DNA of 57,962 bases, filler included, from Sphacelaria rigidula (lineage: Eukaryota), in assembly GCA_964200075.2 (NCBI GenBank). It is 5 parts of 5 records of this genome, joined end to end, with 100 filler letters (N's around TTAATTAATTAA, not from the genome) between each part and the next. Parts side by side here need not be neighbours in the genome. Positions count along the whole stretch, not along the records: positions 46,452 to 57,962 come from CAXNAA020004844.1; 4 more parts are not named here. The stretch is one strand, 5' to 3'. The position numbers and the translations under genes are program-made. Below the pieces are notes generated by a model, which saw nothing but the letters and a program-made list of their open reading frames with translations, was not told the DNA's origin and made no database searches. Within the stretch, counting starts at the first letter, position 1. Every line of letters starts with the position of its first letter. Shown here one piece after another: positions 48,498 to 57,962 of this stretch.

Positions 48498-51400
48498 CTG
48501 TGTTTTTTTTGCGCATGCATGGCGTGGAATGTCAGGAACATCACCTTCTTGGCACGGTAGAGGGCTCGTATACAGGAGAGCAAGATTAACTATTAGGCGA
48601 ACGGTTTGCAGTACCTTGTGCCTCGTACAGTGAAATGTATAGACATGAACCCATATGTAGCTCGCGAAAAACAGGACGAACTCCCGTAAGCGAGCTTTCG
48701 TCACCAGGAAAAAGTCACTTCGAGTTCGATGCACGAATCTGTCACATTAGTATACTTGAACTTAGAGTGGTGCACCGTTTTGGTAGGCCGAACCATCAAC
48801 ACTTGCAGAAAAACAATCATACCTTGCCCAAGGAAACGTCAATTGTAAATCGTCACTTTTCCGTCAACGGTTCCAAAAGGGTTAAACGGACATAAAAATA
48901 CACCGTCAACAGTTAGTCAGCGCCTGGCTCGAGCAGGAGTACAGTAGTGCAAGCTGAACTCTGGGTACCATCGTGTCGACCGTTTATTTTCGTCCTGGAT
49001 GTTAATAAATAGTCGCAGGCGAATCGGAACATTCTCACTATCTCCGATTTTTTTTCTGAGAGTGTGTCCTTGTGTTTGCTTCTTCGTATCGGGACGACAT
49101 ATTCGTAGGTAGTGCAGTTGAACAAATCCTGGCCTTTCTGTGTAGCATCAGGGGGAATCTGAGTGCCGTGGTTTTCTCCTTCATACACGTCGACCTGACG
49201 TCGAGCTTCGAAATCTTTATCGACGCACTGAGGTACACGGATGATTTGTTATCTCAAATGCACCCATTGTTCAAGTGATCAAGTACGGACCTACCACCCG
49301 AACTAGGCGTGTCATTAGGGGGGAAATTCGGGGTCCTATCGATTGAGCCACCGTTCGTCGTCAGCAGCATCGCAGTTGCCCGCACTTGAATGAAATCAAA
49401 GGTACTTCATCCCTGTAAGCTTCACCGACACAACTGTGCTGCTAGAGGTGCATGTCCCAGATAAGATACGCTGAAGTCGTCCGACGTGGAGATTTTTACT
49501 TCGTGGAAGTATAGGCCGTAGAATATGGGGGTATTTATTGGTAGGTAATCCAAAATCCTATCATTTGAGCTCTGAAGATGATAATTATAATCGCGCTTCA
49601 CTGCAAGAGCGCTGTAATAGTGGAGTATGGTCTCTCTGGCATGTGAAAAGCACCCGAAACACCTTATGTCCCAAATTACCCCTTGAGCTCCAGATGCTCC
49701 CTCAGATAAAGATAGGGCTGTTGGGCCGCCGGAAGCACGTCGAAAGTATGTGTTTTCATCCATGAGGTTACATACAGTACACACATGCCGATTGATACAT
49801 GAACTGCCTGCCCGTTGGTGCATTTGTAGCTGGTCTCGTCAAGGATTGACAAAGAAATCGTTGGCTGCGGCACGAAGGCTCTTGGACGCAGCTGCTGTGT
49901 TCTATGCTCTCTTCCGAGCCGATATCGTGACCATAGTGTAGTACATCATAAACAGTGCCCGATCGGGTTGACTTAGTACCGAGCGAGGCCCATCCCTTGG
50001 TACCCTTGCCAAATCAACACGTAAGGAACTCTAGGCGCGCTCCACGCATGCATAAAGTTCTACTGCAGCTTGCAACGTAAAGAATTGACGTGAAAATCGT
50101 GTAGATGTTGCAAGACTTCGCTTTTGGCAACAGCCGCTGCGTCGTTTGTGTTTTCAGTGGGTTTCGATTTGTTAAGGTACCACAGAGAACAGCATCATCA
50201 GCATTTAGTTCCTGTTTGGGGCGATCGGGTAAAAAAACAACGCCTAACCCGCGGTGCTCTTTCCAAACCAACGCGATCAGAACTCTAGGTATGCACAATG
50301 CATGCTCTAGACGCGACTACTGGCGTGATGACTGACCCATGACGTGCCCGTTCGTGTATTTGCAGCTTGTATCGTCAACGTGTACTGAGAACTTGTATCG
50401 TCGGGAATCGAGGAAGAAATCGCGGACTGCAGCACAATTTGATTCATGGCTCAGCTGTTTTAATTTAGGCGAGGATGGGCGGGGGTTGAGAAGCATTCCA
50501 AGATTCTCGAATTCAGGTTTGCGTTTCGGGTCGCGAAACATAATTTGGTGGTAAGATAAACGTTTTGCAGACACCTGAATGATCAAGTTTTTGCCGAGTC
50601 ATAGGAATCGAACACATGTGTATCTCATTTGGTACCGCATCTTACCCTCCAGCTACCACGGCGCGAACAGCCGTGTGGGGACACACAGGAAGAATATCAT
50701 TTTCATCATTATTTCATGGAGATTGAACCAATCCCATGGACACACTACCCTCCGACTGACGGAGAACGGCCAGAAAGCAGGGTCAACGGATGAGCTGTTG
50801 AGCAAGGAAAAGCATTTGCCCGGGTGATGCACGTGCTGTCGGCATTGTATATACACAGGGTTAAGAGCACGTTGGTTGTCAGCCAAGTAGGTTTGGGGGG
50901 TGAGTCATTTGATTTTAGAGAAGAAAAAGTACTGCTCATCACCGCCCTCTTCTGAGGCCTCCCCGACGAACGGTGAAGCTACACCACGCAAATTCACGTA
51001 CTACTAGCGCAACGAAAGCAGCACATGTACTAACGAGGGAAAGGGCTAGTAAACACACGGAGGGGAGTTGACACAGCAATACCTCCGTATATTGAACCTT
51101 CTACCCCGAGCAGCTAGGGGTGGCAGTGTGCGCAATAGGTGACGTGACGGCCGCCTACTTCTGTAACGGTGGCCAGTAACTGTCTGTGGCGTACGCAAGA
51201 ATTCTGTTTCTGCCGTACGCGTGTTTTCAAAGAAAGTAGACAAGCGCGAATCCCTTGGTGACCATACAGCACGCCCACCGATGAAAAAACGTATTCTTGT
51301 TTCTCATCCAGGCCCCCCAGGCCTGTTTGACCAGCGCATGACAGTAGTGATAGGCATCCTCGCCACACACGACCCGGTGCTTGTCGTGAACTACGTAGTG

Positions 51401-51579
51401 ATCTCAACACACGTCGTCGCTGCTGCACAGGCACGTATCACGCTTGCAGTCAAGTCAAGCTATATGGGGTGGCGGCGACGACTTCTTTCTGTACGTGAAA
51501 GGTCTTGCCGCCAGGTGGCAGGACTGTCGATTGCTCTACTATTCTTATTACTCTCGCTGCACTGTACAGTACAACTATA

Positions 51580-52707
51580 CAGGCTGGGCCGCCCAAGACG
51601 CGAACAGGGATGTGAACACACGATTCAGCAGCTCCATTTTGGGTCGTTTCCTATGAATTTTTGACATAATGTACAGGACGTATGTACGAAGACCCCATCA
51701 TCTCTCCCCTACCTTTTGTTTTTTTTTGGGGGGAGGGTCATCCACAATTTTGTTCTGATATAAACTGCTCTGACATATTTGGTTGCCAATAACTCACGGA
51801 GAAAAACAAATAAATGTAGGGGGCAGACGATAGAGTCTCTGCACATACATCCTGTATATCGCATCAAAAGCTCAAAGAAAACGACCCAAAATTGAGCTGC
51901 TAAATCGAGTGTTCGTGTCGAAGACCGGTTCCTGTGTGGAGATGGACCAGCCACGAAAAACTGAAACGCGGTGATGCTGTTTAATTTCAAGTATTTTTCC
52001 ACGAATTTTTGACACGATGCGCATGAGGTATGTTATGAAGTCCCCACTGTCCCCCCGTGGCATTTTTTTTCAATGAGTTGTCGACGCTTTTGCACTATGA
52101 AAAATTACCCCGAAATGTAGATCACCAATAGCTCACGAGGAAAAACAAAAAGAGGGGGGGGAACGGTAGGGGCTTCACATATACCTCATGTATATCGTGT
52201 CAAAATTTCATGGAAACAACTTGAAATTGTGCAGTAAAATCGTGTTTTTCTGTCGAGAACGGTTCGCTTGCTTCTAGAGTACAATAACCTCAGCCGGAAC
52301 TTTGACGTTTTTTGCAAGCGCAGCGCCTTGGCGCGCTGGAGGTCTCGTGTGCGTGCCATCTCAGACACTGCGCGCCTACAGTACGGCATGCCTTGTTGTA
52401 CAACCACAACTAGTGCAGCATCATCACTTTGTGGCCGCAGCACAACCGACTGTAACCGTAAATGCGACTTCAGCCGTTTTTTCCCCTAATGCCGCCGCAC
52501 ATGCCACCCTCAACTCTCTACACTTTGCAGCTGACTACAGTTTGGTATTTCGTTTGATGGGAACTTGTCAGATGGCAGTGCTACGTGAAGTGAAAGACGT
52601 GCGTTGAATTGCAGATTACCACGATGTGTCATAGTAGGCACAACTCGCGATAGATCGTCAGTCAGAAACGGCTGAAGGAACGTCGGCTTTATAGGCGGCC
52701 CAGCCTG
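51580..52707. mobile_element. 1128-bp non-autonomous Tc1/mariner-like element with two internal foldbacks
   Basis: Perfect 14-bp TIR CAGGCTGGGCCGCC (51580-51593 / 52694-52707) with TA on both sides. Confidence 0.8.
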
Positions 52708-54129
52708 TAGTGCAGGGCAACACTGTTTTGTGTTCCGAACATATTAAATAATGAGCGCCAGGCCGACAGTGTTGTTAGCTGTTGGTTTCCCACGACGTGA
52801 CTGTGCAGCAGTCAACGACCACCCTCGAGCAGACTTCTTGGTTGTTAGCAGGCCGTGGTAGCTGTAGGGTTAATGAGACTTTGGCTTCTATTTATGCGAC
52901 TTGAACGTCAGTTATAGTGCGGTAGAGCAGACCTTGGCCGCGGCGCTTGCATTATGCGGCAATGTCTCACCAGCAAGCTGTCTTGAATTTCAGTTACTGT
53001 ACGGTAGAGCAGAGACTTTGACCGCTACGCTTGCACGGCTGGGCGAAGTGTAACTGGAAAGGCTTGCTCTGAGATAAGCTTTCCAGCTTCGCATGGACGT
53101 TTTGTCCTCCACAAAAACATGCCATATCCGTAATATGGACGGTAGGGGTGCACGAACATCTTCGTCAGTAAGGTGCACAATCCGAACCTCAGAAAATATC
53201 TCTGCACCCCTACCACATGCAGCAGCACTCTGTACGGACTGCAGACTGAGAGTGCTGCCGGTAGCAGCGCGTGACTGCCAACGCAACGGCACCAATGATA
53301 CAATATGCGTGTGCATGTAACGTTTTACGACACGTCGAACACACAACAAGCTGTGGGTTCGTACGGGGGGTGAATAGTTGGTTCCGTTATCGCTGCTTCC
53401 ATCCAACTCTAGGATTTCGTCTCATCTCTCTTCTCAACTAAGCGGGTTTGCTCTACCGCACTCTACCCCTTTTTTTCAGGCGAAAAAGCGTCGCCTCCCG
53501 CGGCTAGACTAGTCTAACATGATCCGCATTCATCGTACGGCCTACATTACACAACATATAGCATTGGAGATATATGCGGTGGAGACTTGCCGAGTCTTGA
53601 TAGACAAGAATGTTTTGAGCGGCAGCCGGCAGTCTTGAGTTGAGGTCCAGGGATGCATACCGCTTGTACGACACCAATTACGTTTACAGAGTGCAGTGCG
53701 ACAGAGCTATTGCCCACCGCGGCGTTGGAAGTGCGCCTGTTAATAAGTGTACCTATCTATAGCATTACTAGCTGTCGCCGTACAAGCAACGCCGCTGCCG
53801 TGATGTCCGTCCTTGTACCTAGCGCACACACCGAACGGCTGGTGCTGTGCAGTACTCACCAGCAGAGTCATATATTATCATGCACCATCCACTTCGATCG
53901 GCTGGCGGAACCTCTGCCGTGGTATCCATGGTTCGTACTGCAAGCGCTTTGTTGAGCACTACACAGTAGCATTCACCTTCCACGAAGCTTTCGTTGGGTA
54001 AAATAAACATATAACTCCGTCGCGAACTATCTAACCTACCACAGCCTGTGCCTGCACCAAGCAATAGCACTACAAGCATCATCTTGCCGCACTGTTGTAC
54101 GCAACCGGTTACGGGAAACTAGCACAGAC

Positions 54130-54195
54130 CTTGTGTCCTAGGGTCGGGGCCGCCCCTCGCTCACGGTCTTCTTTCGGTGACACCATCGTTCCCAT
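54130..54195 (-). CDS. Putative first exon of the CTL gene (MGTMVSPKEDRERGAAPTLGHK)
   Basis: ATG at 54195, AAG|GTCTGT donor in phase 0 compatible with the 48497 exon. Positioned head-to-head with DnaJ. No homology support. Confidence 0.45.
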
Positions 54196-54559
54196 TACTT
54201 CCCCGGCAAACGCTGGAGAACTCCAAGTCACGGGTTCACTATCGCCCTCTACTTCCTCCGTTTCCGGCTGTTTCCCTCCTGGCTTCCGCCCGGTGCGGCG
54301 AGATCCAACACCGCGGGAAGCTGAAAGGCTCCCTAAAGATTATGAAACCGTCGCGCGACGAAACGTTACAAAAAATGTTTATTTTCAGAATAGTTTAATC
54401 ACTTTCGATTTTTATTTTGTTTGCGCACGGTATCCGCCTGTCGTACTGATTTACTGTTCTCGAAAAGCTACTACTGTTGTCCAAAGAAACGAAAATCCAG
54501 GATTCATCCCCACCGCGCGTCTTTAGCTGTCTATACACACAGCTCACGACAAGCAAAAC

Positions 54560-54789
54560 ATGGATGCTGCTATGACCGGAGCAAGACTTGGTCGTACGAT
54601 GCCTCTCCTACGAGAAGCGGCTGTTGGTTTATCTGGCCGTTCGCGTGCTGTGGCGGCAGTATCTGCTGTATACAACAACGTTGGCGACAGCGTCGCAGGC
54701 GGTGCTTTTGGCAGAAGCTCTGCAACACGCAGACACCAGGCGGCTCAGTACTCCGTCGCCGCGAGTGGAAGAACTTGGGATACGGAAAG
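54560..54789 (+). CDS. DnaJ/Hsp40, putative first exon (Arg/Ala/Ser-rich transit-peptide-like)
   Basis: ATG-initiated, AG|GTTTGT donor in phase 2 matching the exon at 56478. Confidence 0.6.
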
Positions 54790-54945
54790 GTTTGTGCTTT
54801 GATCTTTCCATTGTGCTGAGCTCAAAAAATCACTCATCTCCGATTTCGTGAGAGCTACAGGGGTGCTGCGGTATTGCCCTTTCTAAGCGGTATAGCCCTC
54901 AGCCGTACACTGCCGTCATGCGGTGCGGTGGTGTACGGTGTTTAA

Positions 54946-55122
54946 CACCCTCACGTAATGATTTTTGTCACCTCGTTTTTTCTGAAATTCTATCGTCTTT
55001 TCTTCTAAGATATGTCGATTACAGGACAACACTAATAAGTTACCCCTTTCCAACTGGCTCTCGACTTCGATCGACCCAAATTTTGAGAAAATTGAGGTGA
55101 AAAAGCTGGCCACTTGAGGGTG
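54946..55122. mobile_element. 177-bp MITE with TTAA target duplication (piggyBac-like)
   Basis: TTAA|CACCCTCACGT ... ACTTGAGGGTG|TTAA (TIR 10/11). Confidence 0.65.
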
Positions 55123-56477
55123 TTAAACAACGTGACGTATCTAGACCAGCAGTCAGCCGGCACCACCTATAGCCTGAGATCCGTGCACCGCCCTGGGGGG
55201 GGCGCTCAATGAAAACCTGCACTCTCTGGAATTGACTTTGTTAGTAGGGCAGACCATCCAGGTAAGCCGGATGTGTACGCCTCATGCATAAACTACGCCC
55301 ATCCTGCTGGACTGCCTGTAGTACGTGTTTGATACGGTCAAACTGCGGTACATTTCGACAGGACGAGCAACGACAGTGACGGGCCGAAACCCGAAGCGTC
55401 TTTTGCTGTGCTCAACACTAGCACGCCGGTACTTTTTCTTAGGTTTACCTGCCGCTGCACAGCACGTAGTGTGATCGTGAATTCCGCAACCCAACCCCCA
55501 TTGTCGGCGTGAAAGACGCACGGACGATCGAACAAGCCTCGACCATGAAATCATCATTCGGTCACGTGAGATAATACCCCCCCTCAGGTAAGATACGCTC
55601 GTGATCTGCTTCAGACCTTTGAGCGAGTAGAGGTCAAAGGTTGCTCATTCGTTGAGTATTTTTTCAATATAATATATGTCGACCAGTGTGGTCTATTTGT
55701 TGTCGACAACACATTTTAGCTCGAGTCTCACTGTAACGGCTACTTCAATATCGACTCGCCGAAGGGATCTATCTCCGTACGTGTACGTAAATTCGTACGG
55801 CTTGTTGCATACGGAGGAGCTCATGTCGGTGAGGCACGTGTCCTCTACGTTTTGTTGTTGGCATTATTCGACAATTACCAGGTGTCTAGGTAACCTTACC
55901 CCGTTTTTGGAGACGCAGAATGGTATCATCTGTCGTCTACATCGAGAACGTTCATTCGCCAAAGAACCGAGCTCTAGTCTGCAAAGGTTCCCTAGGGAAG
56001 TTTTTGTTCTGGCGTTGTAGCATACTGGCGCTATTGGTTCCCTATAGAGAAAAGACGGACACCCCGCTCCCCCGCAGGTTACTCGCTGTGTGGATGTGGG
56101 TGGCGTCAGAAAAACGTCCAATGAATTTCCTATGCTTTCTTCGGGAGGAGAGTTCACTAGTGTAACCGTGAGGTAGGTACAGTGTGCACACCACTCTTCC
56201 GCCACCCTCCAACGTACAACCTAAGCACGGACTCCCGCCAGCTTTTTCACCCACAGTATTTTTCTCCTCCGTTCTTTGATCCTCCCAGCAAGATTCAAGG
56301 TGTTTTTGGGGACAGCTGTCCTGAGAACTTTTGTCTAGTTACCAAAACCAGACTCCAGACATCATTGACCACACCCATCACCTAACTTTTCATGCTTCAT
56401 CACCTCACCTACTCCCCCGCCCCCGCCTCCCTTCTTCGGTTCTGTGCACCATCGCTCTCAAAAATACGTTGTCGTAG

Positions 56478-56679
56478 CTCACGTCCTGCGCGGGCTGCAG
56501 GGCGACGGCATCCCGCCCCAGTATCATGTCGGCCCACGATCGGACTGAGTAGCGTCGCAGAGGGGGCAGGAGTGGGGGGTGTAGTGGTGAACGTGCGGGG
56601 GTTTCATGCCACACGACGTTTGGCCAAGCGGGACTTTTACGACGTCCTGGGTCTGCAAAGGAATGCGGATAAGTCCGAG
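56478..56679 (+). CDS. dnaJ: Mitochondrial-type DnaJ (Mdj1/DNAJA3-like), exon with start of the J-domain
   Basis: RGFHATRRLAKRDFYDVLGLQRNADKSE is a presequence-end motif plus J-domain helix I. tcgtAG acceptor, GAG|GTGAGA donor. The gene continues beyond the window. Confidence 0.8.
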
Positions 56680-57922
56680 GTGAGACTTTTATACCTTTAG
56701 TACACGGTTAGCGGGAGATGCACTCTCAACTGCCCGGGGGAACCGTTCTGTACTTGATGGATGAAGTGAAGTTGCCCTGACCATTTGAGCGCCAGACATA
56801 ATTTCGGAACAGTATCGCCAGCTGACCTCCATCTCACGCCCATGACCCCGATCGTATACAAGGATTTACAGCCGAAATATGGGATTTATGTCATTCTTTC
56901 GTAGTCGGCGATTTTTAACGGTGTCTTTGCGTGCCACTGCTCATCCTAATCAACGTTGGATCCCAAAGTTTGGGCATCAAGAGATACTAGGCATCCACTT
57001 CACATTCTAAAACAAAACCCATCATTGCACTGAATATTTGGACGACATACCGGCTGATAGGCTCTGACTCCATCTGCGGCCGCAGAAAAAACAGAATTTC
57101 GTACGTTTGGGCGGGAAAATGGCCGAGAAAAAACAGCAGGAAAACCTAAATTTGTCGCAGATTCCCAGAAAATACAGCAGATTTTAGAGAGGATAAAGCA
57201 TAATTGGCGCTGATTCCCACCAGGACAGCGCAGACTTGCAATTTCCCCGGGCAAAAAAACTGCAGGCGGACAGGCAGACAGACAGACAGACAGGGCTCCT
57301 CCTTGCAGGGCCCTACACGGGATGAGCGGTGGCACGCGAAGAAACATTAAAAATCGACGAGAAACAAAAATTACCCCGTATAAAAAATGTCTATTTCAGC
57401 TGTAAGCTACCGTGTGCTGAGCGGTCCCTTAGTCTTTCTGCAAGCACCATACCAATGAACGACGCATGGTGTATTACGTAGCTCCCAACCCCTGACTCAT
57501 GTATCGTGTGAAACTCTTACGAGCGCTCCAAGATTTCTGTTCCGAAAATGCGGCCTGGCAGTTCCCGCGGGCGTTTAGAGAGGAAACAGTGGTTCTACTG
57601 TATGCGCTCGTGAATACCTCTTTATGGGCCCACAGGCGCCAAGTCAGACAGAAATACAAACTTCCTTTCGTAGAGTATGGCAAGTGTAGAAGTGTATATC
57701 CGTGGTTGCGCGGGTTGGTTGTGTTTTTTGAGGCGTCTTTATCGCACAGCGTGGTGCTCGCAGCTGTGTCTGCCGAAGGCCCCTCCGTCAGCACAATGAC
57801 CGCACTCGCAACACCTGTGTTCCGCCGAGAATGGTCCGTACTCTGTGCCTCACTAGCTGTACCGACTACGACCCCCGGACACATGAGTGGGGACGGCCAG
57901 GCGGGACCCAACCCCCCCCCCC

Positions 57923-57958
<36 letters not shown>

Positions 57959-57962
57959 CACC

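Noticed and set aside
57474-57911. 145-aa minus ORF as a hAT dimerisation domain remnant (QAAFSEQ..SA)
   Set aside because: The similarity to the S...ER.FS motif is too weak to call without a search.

Overview
Eukaryotic, repeat-rich, intron-containing DNA of roughly balanced GC content, most consistent with a brown alga or other stramenopile (inferred from gene structure, splice sites and TE content; not proven). It is a gapped scaffold with four 100-bp spacers, each containing an artificial TTAATTAATTAA linker. Four partial or complete host genes can be spliced by hand with phase-compatible GT-AG junctions: a DUF2993/LmeA-like protein (+, about 9.9-18.2 kb), the 3' end of exonuclease 1 (-, 20.0-22.5 kb), the 5' end of a choline transporter-like (CTL/SLC44) gene (-, 46.6-54.2 kb), and, head-to-head with it, the 5' end of a mitochondrial-type DnaJ (+, 54.6-56.7 kb). 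The centre holds a decayed but complete tyrosine-recombinase (DIRS/Ngaro-type) retrotransposon (26.2-34.3 kb) bounded by a pair of about 270-bp direct repeats. It is followed by an 11.5-kb nest of related Ty3/Gypsy elements inserted into each other and into a 103-bp satellite array. The Gypsy LTR boundary, defined here by a solo LTR with a 4-bp TSD, places the gag start inside the LTR with no canonical PBS. The rest is MITEs (piggyBac-, Tc1/mariner- and hAT-like), tRNA-derived SINEs, unclassified dispersed repeats and minisatellites. I found no CRISPR array, rRNA, intact tRNA or clearly novel enzyme system. The best leads are the YR-element terminal architecture, the Gypsy/satellite nest and a hairpin-dense non-coding segment.
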